This document shows positions 9,698 to 18,282 of a stretch of 64,000 bases of DNA, in pieces. Numbering within the stretch: position 1 is the stretch's first letter; the number at the start of each line of letters is the position of its first letter. This DNA is from Alphaproteobacteria bacterium. GTDB taxonomy: Bacteria; Pseudomonadota; Alphaproteobacteria; JAQWUY01. A program made the position numbers and the translations under genes. The notes under the pieces are model-generated. The model had not been told where the DNA came from, did no database searches, and was given only the letters and a program-made list of their open reading frames with translations. The stretch spans positions 79,275 to 143,274 of the forward strand of contig JAQWUY010000016.1 in assembly GCA_029250225.1 (NCBI GenBank), given 5' to 3'.

Positions 9698-11662
9698 ATG
9701 CTTTTAAGAACAATATTTTTTTCGTTACTCCTAATTTCTTTAAGTTTTTCCGTTAATTCTTTTGCTCAGGAAAACTTAGAATCAGCTGAAAATATAGAAC
9801 CTGTTGCTGATGCTGGCACAATACTAAATATCGAAGAAATAGAAGTGCAAGACATTAATTCTGATATTGCTAAGGTCGAATATAATAATAATGCATTAAA
9901 ACAAGATCAAAATAAAAAAGAAAATATGCATATCGATATTTCAGTTGCTGATGCGATTGGAATTTATGATAAATATAACGGTGGTGTTGATTTAGATTAT
10001 TGGAAAAAACGTTCTTATAATGATATTTTAAATATATTAAAAGGAATTAAAATTAACACTAAAAGTTATGCTTATAATTCCGCACTTCGCCGTATTATTT
10101 TATCAAAGGTAAATATCCCTAAACCAGATTCAAAAGAAGATATAGGGAAAATAGCTAAGGTAAAAATAGATTTATTAATAAATGCCGGTAGATTTGATGA
10201 TGCAAAACAAATGATCGAAATTATGCCCGCTGATGTAAGAAATAAGTTATTTGTTAAAAAACTTGTAAAAATGGGATTGGTTGATTTTGATAATAGATTA
10301 GTTTGTGAAACATTGTCTGAACAAAGCCAAGAGGTATTGAATTCACCATTTTGGCAAGCAACAAAATTAGTTTGCCTAACTATCGCATATGATGGTTCAG
10401 ATGCTAAGAAAGAAGAAATTAATAAAAAAATTAATGAAATCGAAGTTTCTAATATTCAAATTCCAACTGGGTTAAAAGAACTAGTATTGTATTATGTTTT
10501 TGACGAAGAAATAACAGTAAACCAAGAAATTGATGTAAATCCTTGGTCATTAAATATTATGCGTCTAATTGGCTTTGGAACATATATAGGTGATGATATT
10601 GACGATATATATGTAAAACGAGGTTTATTATTAAACAAAGAAATTGATTCATATAAAAGATTAAAAATAGCAGAAGAATTATTTATTAATGATGCAATTG
10701 ATAATGATAAATTATACACCATTTATAATAGTTTAAACAAAGATTTTAATGTTGAAAAAATAGTTGATGATGAAACAGGTAATGAATATTACCCAAAAAC
10801 TTATCAAAGATATTTGTATTATAAATCTCTGATGATTTTAAATGGAAAAAATAAAGTTAATAAGGTCTTAAATATAGTATCTAGTGCAGAATCTTATAGT
10901 GAAAAAATAAATGCTGTTCGTATGTTTTTCCCAATGTTAGAAAATGTTATCCCATTTAAAGGTGAAAAAGGAGCTAAGGTTGCAAAACTATTTTATTCCA
11001 TAGGTGATATCAAAAATGGTAATAAATGGATGAAGAAAAACAAAAATGCTTTATGGTTTGAAAGGGCTGTTCTTGAACCTATCAATCCAACTGAACACCC
11101 AATTGTTTTTGATCAAAAATATGGTGTTTTCAATGATTTTGAAACAAGTATTGAAATTGAAAAATCAGATAAAGGCATATTTTCATCTATATTTAGCAAT
11201 AAAGAACCTGCGAAAAATAATGTAAAGCGAATTAAAAAGGTTAATCATAACCCTCTGGCTGAAAATTCAAAACAGCGAGTAGTTTGGATGAATTATCAAA
11301 AAAATCAAGAACCAAAACAACTAAGAAATAACGAAAAAATTTCAGGTTTAAAAATGTCATCAGCCTTTTCTATGTTAGAATCTATTGGTTATAAAATAAG
11401 TGATGCTTCGTGGTTATTTGCATCACAAAACAGTTCATATCAAGAAGTTCGAGTTTTAGACCCTGCGAAGTCAAAAGCATTACAAATATATATAAAAAAT
11501 GCTCAGGATCCAATTCATATATTAATGATTACACAGCAATTCGTTAATCAGGTTGAAGTAAATGATACTGAATTTGCTAAGATAATTAATGCATTATATC
11601 GTGCTGATTTTATAGCTATAATCCGTGAATTGATTTTAGAAAGGTCAGTTATTTATTTATGA
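9698..11662 (+). CDS. Hypothetical secreted protein (654 aa)
   Basis: It has a clear signal peptide, MLLRTIFFSLLLISLSFSVNSFAQE. No motif was recognised. Its stop overlaps the xerD start (ATGA). Confidence 0.7.
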   Translation: MLLRTIFFSLLLISLSFSVNSFAQENLESAENIEPVADAGTILNIEEIEVQDINSDIAKVEYNNNALKQDQNKKENMHIDISVADAIGIYDKYNGGVDLDYWKKRSYNDILNILKGIKINTKSYAYNSALRRIILSKVNIPKPDSKEDIGKIAKVKIDLLINAGRFDDAKQMIEIMPADVRNKLFVKKLVKMGLVDFDNRLVCETLSEQSQEVLNSPFWQATKLVCLTIAYDGSDAKKEEINKKINEIEVSNIQIPTGLKELVLYYVFDEEITVNQEIDVNPWSLNIMRLIGFGTYIGDDIDDIYVKRGLLLNKEIDSYKRLKIAEELFINDAIDNDKLYTIYNSLNKDFNVEKIVDDETGNEYYPKTYQRYLYYKSLMILNGKNKVNKVLNIVSSAESYSEKINAVRMFFPMLENVIPFKGEKGAKVAKLFYSIGDIKNGNKWMKKNKNALWFERAVLEPINPTEHPIVFDQKYGVFNDFETSIEIEKSDKGIFSSIFSNKEPAKNNVKRIKKVNHNPLAENSKQRVVWMNYQKNQEPKQLRNNEKISGLKMSSAFSMLESIGYKISDASWLFASQNSSYQEVRVLDPAKSKALQIYIKNAQDPIHILMITQQFVNQVEVNDTEFAKIINALYRADFIAIIRELILERSVIYL

Positions 11663-12588
11663 GAAATTTAAACTCATTTCTTGCTATGCTTAAAGTTGAA
11701 AAAAAACTAGCGGAAAATACAATAATTTCTTATGAATATGATTTAAAAAAATATCACAAATTCTTAAAAGAAAATAATAAATGTGAATTGACTGTGCAAT
11801 TTCAAGATATTGAGAAATGGATTACAGATTTACATATAAATGGCAATTCAAATTCAAGTATATCAAGGCATATATCATCAGTTAAACAATACCATAAATT
11901 TTTAATGATTGATGGTATTAGAAAAGATGATCCATCACGCAAATTATCAATCCCTAAAAAAGCAAAAAAAATTCCAAAGTTTATCGGTATCGATGATGTT
12001 AACAAATTATTGGAAATGGCAAGGAATACAGTTGATTATGACTCCGTTAGATTATCTTGTTTAGTTGAATTAATGTATGCAACAGGATTAAGGGTAAGTG
12101 AGCTTGTTTCATTACCTATTTCTGTAATTCGTAATAAAGAATATGTTAAAACTCTTGAATATTTACTAATTAGCGGTAAGGCCGGAAAAGAAAGAATTGT
12201 TCCTCTATCTAAAGATGCTATTAATGCTTTAAGAAAATATCTTGATATTAGAAGTTCTTATATTATCGATAACGGAGGAGAAAAATATTTATTTCCATCA
12301 AATGGTAAAAAAACGCCACATTTAACAAGACAAAGAGTATTCCAGTATATAAAATATTTGTGTGATAGCTGTGGTCTTGATGGAAGTAGTATATCACCAC
12401 ATACATTACGCCACGCATTTGCAACACACTTGTTAAATGGCGGAGCTGATTTAAGAGCCGTTCAGGCAATGTTGGGGCATTCCGATATATCAACAACACA
12501 AATATATACCCATATATTAAGCGAACGAATGAAAGAACTGGTTTTTGATAACCACCCATTAAATGACTATAAAATAGATTCTATTTAA
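11659..12588 (+). CDS. xerD: Tyrosine recombinase XerD
   Basis: 309 aa. The N-terminal SAM-like core-binding domain is followed by a catalytic region with ATGLRVSEL, HTLRHAFATHLL, LGHSDISTTQIYTH (R-H-R-Y). It sits in chromosomal context next to accA and is not an island integrase. Confidence 0.9.
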   Translation: MRNLNSFLAMLKVEKKLAENTIISYEYDLKKYHKFLKENNKCELTVQFQDIEKWITDLHINGNSNSSISRHISSVKQYHKFLMIDGIRKDDPSRKLSIPKKAKKIPKFIGIDDVNKLLEMARNTVDYDSVRLSCLVELMYATGLRVSELVSLPISVIRNKEYVKTLEYLLISGKAGKERIVPLSKDAINALRKYLDIRSSYIIDNGGEKYLFPSNGKKTPHLTRQRVFQYIKYLCDSCGLDGSSISPHTLRHAFATHLLNGGADLRAVQAMLGHSDISTTQIYTHILSERMKELVFDNHPLNDYKIDSI

Positions 12589-12658
12589 TATTTTGTTTAT
12601 ATTTTTTTAATGTTATGATAATATCGCAACAAAAATATTCTAACTTATCGAGGTGAAA

Positions 12659-13606
12659 ATGCGAACATACTTAGATTTTGAGCATAACATAGCTGAATTA
12701 GAGGGAAAAATATCCGAATTACGCCATATGTCAAACAAAGGTGATATGAATATTGCCAGTGAATTACAAAAGTTAGAACAAAAATCTATTAAATTGATAG
12801 AAGATACATACAAAAATCTTGATGATTGGCAAATTGTTAAGGTTGCGCGTCATCCCGATCGCCCACATTTACTTGATTATGTTAATGAAATGATTACAGA
12901 CTTCACTCCATTATCAGGGGATAGAAAATTTAGCGAAGATAAAGCATTAATTGCCGGTTTCGGCCGTTTTCGTGGTCGCTCTGTTGCTATTATGGGTCAG
13001 GAAAAGGGACACGATACAGATAGCCGTATGTTGCATAATTTTGGTTCTGCTAGACCAGAAGGTTATAGAAAAGCACAAAGAATTATGGATATGGCAGAAA
13101 AATTTGAAATTCCAGTTATATCATTGGTTGATACAGCCGGTGCATACCCCGGTTTAGGCGCCGAAGAACGCGGTCAAGCCGAGGCAATCGCAACAGGAAT
13201 TGAAAAGGGGCTAACTATTAAAACTCCTTTCCTATCAGTAGTTATTGGCGAAGGTGGTAGCGGTGGAGCGATTGCTATTGCCACAGCAGATAAAGTATAT
13301 ATGTTGCAAAATTCTATTTATTCAGTAATTTCACCTGAGGGTTGTTCTTCAATATTATGGCGTTCAGCTGATTATTCGGAACGAGCGGCTAAATCACTAA
13401 GAATGACAGCAAAAGACCTATTAGAATTAGGGGTTATTGATGGCATTATCCCTGAACCACTTGGTGGAGCGCAAAGAAATAAGAAGCAAACAATTCAAAA
13501 TGTTGCTGATAAATTGGAACAAGACATAATAGATTTAGAATCAATTGATAAGGATAAGCTTGTTGAGATGAGAGCTGAAAGATTCTTACGAATTGGTAGG
13601 AACTAA
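12659..13606 (+). CDS. accA: Acetyl-CoA carboxylase carboxyltransferase alpha subunit
   Basis: Motifs include LDFEHNIAELEGKI, TAGAYPGLGAEERGQAEAIA and GEGGSGGAIAI. ATG 12659 follows a GAGGTG RBS. The track start GTG 12653 is less likely. Confidence 0.93.
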   Translation: MRTYLDFEHNIAELEGKISELRHMSNKGDMNIASELQKLEQKSIKLIEDTYKNLDDWQIVKVARHPDRPHLLDYVNEMITDFTPLSGDRKFSEDKALIAGFGRFRGRSVAIMGQEKGHDTDSRMLHNFGSARPEGYRKAQRIMDMAEKFEIPVISLVDTAGAYPGLGAEERGQAEAIATGIEKGLTIKTPFLSVVIGEGGSGGAIAIATADKVYMLQNSIYSVISPEGCSSILWRSADYSERAAKSLRMTAKDLLELGVIDGIIPEPLGGAQRNKKQTIQNVADKLEQDIIDLESIDKDKLVEMRAERFLRIGRN

Positions 13607-13652
13607 ATTAATTAAATAGCTTTTTTTAAGCTTTATATATTGAATTACGGAT

Positions 13653-14726
13653 ATGAAAAATATTACTCCTGAACATTATTATGAAAAAAAAGTAACTTCT
13701 GGTGAAATAAAAGATGATCCTAAACAAAGAAATGCATTAAAAAAACTTAACCAAATACATAATCTTTTAAAAGGTTATAAACCTAGACAAGGAATTACTA
13801 GATTTTTCTTTTCTAAAAAGCAACCCTGCGGAATATATATGTACGGTTCTGTTGGTAATGGAAAATCATTATTGTTGCGCGTTTTTTACGAAAGTGCTCC
13901 TACTAACAAAAAAAAATATATGCATTTTAATGACTTTCTGCTTGATCTAAATTACAGAATGAAACAAAAATCTTCGAAGGAAAGTGACCCCTTAAAAAAA
14001 GTTGCTAATGATATTTTAAAGGAAAATTGGTTATTATGCCTTGATGAATGCTCTGTTGGTGATGTTGGCGATGCTATTTTATTTGGAAGAATCGTTAATT
14101 ATATAATACAAGGTGGCGGTGTGATGATATGCACATCAAACTTTACCCCTGAAAAATTAACACCAAGGGGTGGTGGTTCCTCTATATTTAAACCTTATGT
14201 TGAGAAATTCTTCGAAAAAACTATTCCTTATGATATGGATAGCGTAATTGATTACCGTGCGAAAGCAGGTGCTGATAAATTCCCATATTATTTACACCCG
14301 CTAACACCGGAAACTGCAGGTAAATTACAAAGATTTATTGATGATTTTTCAGATTTTTCAGAATTAAAAGAATTAAAAGTTGAAATTCGTGGCCATAATT
14401 TACATTTATATCAAGCCGGTTCAGATGTTTGTTATACAACATATCAAGACTTGATGGGTTCAGCTTACGGAGTAGAAGATTTTAATTATATAGCAGAAAA
14501 CTTTAAAATAGTTGTAATGAGTGGTATGAAAAAAATTCCATCAGAAGATACAGCAACAGTAAAAAGATTCATATTACTAGTCGATTCTTTGTATGAAAAA
14601 CGCCGAAGATTAATAATGTCAGCAGAAGTAAGCGCAGAAAAATTATATACCGGTAAAAAAGTTGAATTTGAATATAAAAGAACTTTATCTAGATTAAAAG
14701 AAATGCAAAGCCCAAAATATTCTTAA
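13653..14726 (+). CDS. zapE: ZapE/AFG1-family ATPase
   Basis: 357 aa with Walker A GSVGNGKS, Walker B LLCLDECSVGDVGDA and TSNFTPEKL. These are typical of the AFG1/ZapE family. Confidence 0.85.
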   Translation: MKNITPEHYYEKKVTSGEIKDDPKQRNALKKLNQIHNLLKGYKPRQGITRFFFSKKQPCGIYMYGSVGNGKSLLLRVFYESAPTNKKKYMHFNDFLLDLNYRMKQKSSKESDPLKKVANDILKENWLLCLDECSVGDVGDAILFGRIVNYIIQGGGVMICTSNFTPEKLTPRGGGSSIFKPYVEKFFEKTIPYDMDSVIDYRAKAGADKFPYYLHPLTPETAGKLQRFIDDFSDFSELKELKVEIRGHNLHLYQAGSDVCYTTYQDLMGSAYGVEDFNYIAENFKIVVMSGMKKIPSEDTATVKRFILLVDSLYEKRRRLIMSAEVSAEKLYTGKKVEFEYKRTLSRLKEMQSPKYS

Positions 14727-14814
14727 TTAATAATTTATTTTAATAAAAAAATATTATCTTATTGAATATAGTGTTTTTAGTCGTTTTAAACTTCTCTTTT
14801 TTTATTTTTTATGA

Positions 14815-15606
14815 TTAAGCAATTTTATCAAAATTTATAGGAAAATTTGATTCTTGTAACTCTTTTAAAAGTTTAAATTTCCAGTTTTTAGATTCTATAT
14901 AACTGATACCTTTTATATCGCTAGGTTCTTCTATTCCTTCGTCTATGATGATAGCAACCTTATTTCTTCCTAATTTCCCCATAAAGTAACCCATTTCATA
15001 AATAACATTTTGACGTGCTCTTTTATTTAAACTTGTATGATTTTCACCGCCTATATCATCTTTTGTTAATAATATTATAGCGTAAGAACATTGATTTGTA
15101 TGTGCTTCAAACTTTTCAATAATAGTTTTGCCATTATTTTTTTGTTCATCTAGGATGATGGGCTCTAAATCACCTTTTTCTAGAAATCTGGCAACCTCTG
15201 ATTTTAAAGCTGTGTCGTGACCATGTACGATAAATATTTTCTTGTTAGGAGATTGTTGCTGGTTTGTAAAATCACTCGTTTGATCCATAGATATGTCGAT
15301 AGTTTTTGAGCTTGTTGGGGTTGTACTATTCTCATAAATATCACACCATGAATCTACATAGGTTTTTAGCAATACTTCAATTTCATCCCATTTTTCATTA
15401 TCAACTTTGCGATTGAAGCTCGGCATTAGAAAATTTATTTTTTCTATTTCTTTTATTTGATAACCACGACCACAACGCAATGTAATTTCCACAATAAGTC
15501 TATTATACCATTTTTTTACTTCCGGGGAATCTATACCATGTTCTTTTAATTTTGGTATTTCTTTAATTAAAGAAAAAATATTTTTTATAAATCTTTCTGA
15601 TATCAT
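14815..15606 (-). CDS. Stand-alone TIR-like domain protein (CAP12/Pycsar-effector type, COG4271/PF10137-like) with an unknown N-terminal domain
   Basis: Residues ~123-240 read KIFIVHGHDTALKSEVARFLEK..LEPIILDEQKNNGKTIIEKFE..YAIILLTKDDIG..RARQNVIYEMGYFMGKLGRNKV..EEPSDIKGISYI. This follows my recollection of the TIR-like family consensus almost residue by residue, including the conserved Glu204 (nt 14995-14997). Residues 1-122 match nothing I recognise. Confidence 0.75.
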   Translation of the reverse strand: MISERFIKNIFSLIKEIPKLKEHGIDSPEVKKWYNRLIVEITLRCGRGYQIKEIEKINFLMPSFNRKVDNEKWDEIEVLLKTYVDSWCDIYENSTTPTSSKTIDISMDQTSDFTNQQQSPNKKIFIVHGHDTALKSEVARFLEKGDLEPIILDEQKNNGKTIIEKFEAHTNQCSYAIILLTKDDIGGENHTSLNKRARQNVIYEMGYFMGKLGRNKVAIIIDEGIEEPSDIKGISYIESKNWKFKLLKELQESNFPINFDKIA

Positions 15607-15816
15607 TTTTAATTCCTTTGCACTATCAACTCCATAATTCTTAGATTAAGTTTAGTACATCACATTATTTAACAGTAATATTAAAAAATATAATTTATAC
15701 TCTAATGACTTGATGTTTATGTGCTGTATTTAAACCTAGGGTAGATAATACTATTTTTTAAAATTTAATACAACTGCAATATTTTCAAAAAAATACTAAT
15801 TAATATTACTTTTAAA

Positions 15817-15845
15817 TTGACTTATGCAATTGGAAATAATATAAA
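15817..15845 (+). promoter_or_regulatory. Candidate sigma70 promoter for tRNA-Leu
   Basis: TTGACT (15817-15822), a 17-nt spacer and TATAAA (15840-15845), ending 12 nt upstream of the tRNA 5' end. Hexamer matches are cheap in AT-rich DNA. Confidence 0.35.
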
Positions 15846-15857
15846 TTGTTCTGGTAT

Positions 15858-15944
15858 GCCTCTGTGGCGGAACTGGTAGACGCGCTAGACTCAAAATCTA
15901 GTTTCTTTCGGGAAGTGAGAGTTCGATTCTCTCCGGAGGCACCA
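15858..15944 (+). tRNA. tRNA-Leu (anticodon CAA), CCA encoded
   Basis: Hand-folded as: acceptor GCCTCTG/CGGAGGC (one G-U), 3-bp D stem, anticodon stem CTAGA/TCTAG with loop CTCAAAA, 15-nt long variable arm (class II), T arm GAGAG-TTCGATT-CTCTC, ACCA. Total 87 nt. Confidence 0.93.
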
Positions 15945-16153
15945 TGCATATAAGTATATTTTACATATATGTATATTTTTAATATAAATTTATTACTAAT
16001 TATCATAAAAAAGCTTGCAAAAATTTATATAGCACTATATTAGTCTAATAAAAGTATTATATTAATTCGTTATTGATTCGAAGTATTTTTAATTTTTTAA
16101 TATTAACATTTACCTAAAAAAAATAAATATATATTTAAAATGGAGATGTTAAA

Positions 16154-18220
16154 GTGTTTAAAAATAGAAAGATATTAATCTTGCCTCTTGCACTGCTTGT
16201 GCTTGATTCTAAATTTAATGGTGTTTATGCCGAAGAATTAGTTTTAGAAAAAGTCGTAAATTCTTCTAAGCGAGATGTTAAGAAAAAAGAATTTACATCT
16301 GGCGTTAGAATTATTAGTGCGCAAGAATTAAAAGAAAACAATATCAAAGATATATCTGATTTAGGTATTTTGGTTCCAAGCTTGAAAATAAATCAAGCTG
16401 GGAATCAAGCATATACTTCGTATTCTTTGCGTGGAGTGGCCGATGGTAATCATTATATTCCATCTCTAATTATATATGTAGATGGTGTAGCGCAAGATCC
16501 AAGGTTAGCACCTTCTTTATTAAATGTAAAAAAAATCGAAATTTTGAAAGGGCCACAGTCTTCTCTTTATGGTAAAAATTCATATTCTGGTGTAATTAAT
16601 ATTGTTACGCAAAGTCTAAAAAATGCCGATAGTATTTCCGGTGTTGCAAGACATTCATCATTGGGTGGTTCTGGTTTATTAAATATTTCTTCACCGTTAG
16701 TAAAAGATAAATTGTATTTTGGAGCTTCCCTGCTTAATTCAGAAGATAAAGGTAATGCGAGCAGAAAAGAGGCTGAAAATAGCATAAAAAATGATAATTT
16801 TTCTGTAAAACTTCAATATGCTCCTGTTAATAATCCGCTTAATGTTTCTTTTACACATTCATCTGTTAATAAGAAATCAGCAGGGCGTTTTTATCAAACT
16901 GCCACCTGGCAAAAAGGAGAAGATTTTATTGCTGGATATCTTGATAGAAGCGAAATAAAGAGCAATCAATCAGCATTAAAAGCTAGTTATGATTATGATA
17001 ATTATAAATTAACTTATATCACATCCTTTCAAAAAAGTTTTATGGCAAGAAATTTGTCTTTTAAGCAAAACGAAGATACTAAATCAACAACACAAGAAAT
17101 AATCATGAATTATGATTCACCTAATAAATTAATGTCTAGTGTTTTTGGGTTCTATTATTCAAAAGATAAATTTAATAGAGATTCTGTTTCTATGACTTAT
17201 TATGATGGTACAAGTAGAATTGTCACAGATGGGGCAACTACTGCGTGTGCCACCGATCCTGTAACTACTTGTTATGAAGGTTACTACTATTACACTACTC
17301 CACATATAGTAAACATAGATAAAAAGAGTTATTCTTTGTATGGTGAAACAAGCTATAATATTAATAGTGCTACCAAATTAACAGTTGGTGGACGAATTAT
17401 AAAAGATAAAATTTTACTTAAAGCTCGTGAATCCGCAAGTAGTAACAATGAAAATTTAGATGCTAGTACAAGCTATACTTCTATTCTGCCAAAAGTTGGT
17501 TTAACCTATGATTGGGGTGGTAATGTAACACAGTATGCTACAATCAATCGTGGTTACAAAGTAGGTGGATTTCAGCGTACATTTGTGCAAGAGTATAAAG
17601 TTAGCTTATTTAAACGAGAATATAATGTAAATTATGAAACAGGTTTGCGATATGAAACGCCAAACAAAGATTTATCTTTTGATGGTTCTGTTTACTATAA
17701 CAATATGAATAATACTCAATTCTATGAAGGCGATCCAGGGGCACAAGTTGTTGTTAATAAAAATTCAAAATCATACGGTGTGGATTTAAATGCAACAATT
17801 CATAAGATTAAAGATATTGATTTTATTGTAGGTGTTCAATATAACAAATCTTCTATTAGTGGCTCAACGAAAAAACAAACACCGTATGTCCCAGTATTAA
17901 GTGGTAATTTGGGTGTTAGGCATTATCTAGATATGTCTAAATTTAATGTTAAAGGTGATTTGATCACAAATTTAAATATTTTTTATACCGGTAAAAGTTA
18001 TTTAGATTTAGCTAACAATTTTAGAGAAGATTCTTATGCATTGGTTAATTTGCGCACTACTTATAAAACTGGTGGACTTATTGATGTGTCATTGTTTGCG
18101 AATAATATATTTGATAAAGCTTATAGGACATATGCTGGGGGAACATCACCAAATGAATATATACAAATTGGTAAGAGAAGGGATATTGGTATAGAATTTA
18201 TGTTTAAACATAAATTTTAA
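16154..18220 (+). CDS. TonB-dependent outer-membrane siderophore receptor (FyuA/FptA-like role)
   Basis: 688 aa with a GTG start 8 nt after GGAG and a signal peptide. The plug domain reads VRIISAQELKENNIKDISDLGILVPSL..YSLRGV and IEILKGPQSSLYGKNSYSGVINI. The beta-barrel ends in the terminal aromatic FKHKF. Confidence 0.88.
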   Translation: MFKNRKILILPLALLVLDSKFNGVYAEELVLEKVVNSSKRDVKKKEFTSGVRIISAQELKENNIKDISDLGILVPSLKINQAGNQAYTSYSLRGVADGNHYIPSLIIYVDGVAQDPRLAPSLLNVKKIEILKGPQSSLYGKNSYSGVINIVTQSLKNADSISGVARHSSLGGSGLLNISSPLVKDKLYFGASLLNSEDKGNASRKEAENSIKNDNFSVKLQYAPVNNPLNVSFTHSSVNKKSAGRFYQTATWQKGEDFIAGYLDRSEIKSNQSALKASYDYDNYKLTYITSFQKSFMARNLSFKQNEDTKSTTQEIIMNYDSPNKLMSSVFGFYYSKDKFNRDSVSMTYYDGTSRIVTDGATTACATDPVTTCYEGYYYYTTPHIVNIDKKSYSLYGETSYNINSATKLTVGGRIIKDKILLKARESASSNNENLDASTSYTSILPKVGLTYDWGGNVTQYATINRGYKVGGFQRTFVQEYKVSLFKREYNVNYETGLRYETPNKDLSFDGSVYYNNMNNTQFYEGDPGAQVVVNKNSKSYGVDLNATIHKIKDIDFIVGVQYNKSSISGSTKKQTPYVPVLSGNLGVRHYLDMSKFNVKGDLITNLNIFYTGKSYLDLANNFREDSYALVNLRTTYKTGGLIDVSLFANNIFDKAYRTYAGGTSPNEYIQIGKRRDIGIEFMFKHKF

Positions 18221-18282
18221 CACACCAACATTAAGGCAAAAAGTATGTCATAAATTAAAACAAGAAGGTTGAGGGTAATCAT

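Noticed and set aside
11659-12588. The tyrosine recombinase, considered as a possible island integrase for the nearby accessory genes.
   Set aside because: It has the full XerD architecture and sits in the conserved aroK-aroB / xerD / accA housekeeping neighbourhood, 3 kb and several core genes away from the tRNA-Leu hotspot. It is the chromosome dimer resolvase and not a mobile-element integrase.
13607-13652. Short hairpin AGCTT-TTTTT-AAGCT after accA, considered as a terminator.
   Set aside because: The stem is only 5 bp and there is no convincing T-tract beyond the loop itself. It is too weak to call.
15812-16006. ORFs overlapping the tRNA genes: 15812..16006 (-) over tRNA-Leu and 62724..62924 (+) over tRNA-Thr.
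   Set aside because: They are open only because they read through structured tRNA sequence. They have no RBS and no recognisable protein features.
15945-16153. Iron-box search upstream of the TonB-dependent receptor. Candidates were ACTAATTATCATAAA, the AATTCGTTATTGATTCGAA segment (16064-16082) and the 12-bp palindrome TACATATATGTA (15962-15973).
   Set aside because: None gives a convincing match to the 19-bp Fur consensus, the Irr ICE (TTTAGAA-N3-TTCTAAA) or the RirA TGA-N9-TCA pattern beyond what AT-rich DNA yields by chance. I cannot claim an operator without a genome-wide motif model.
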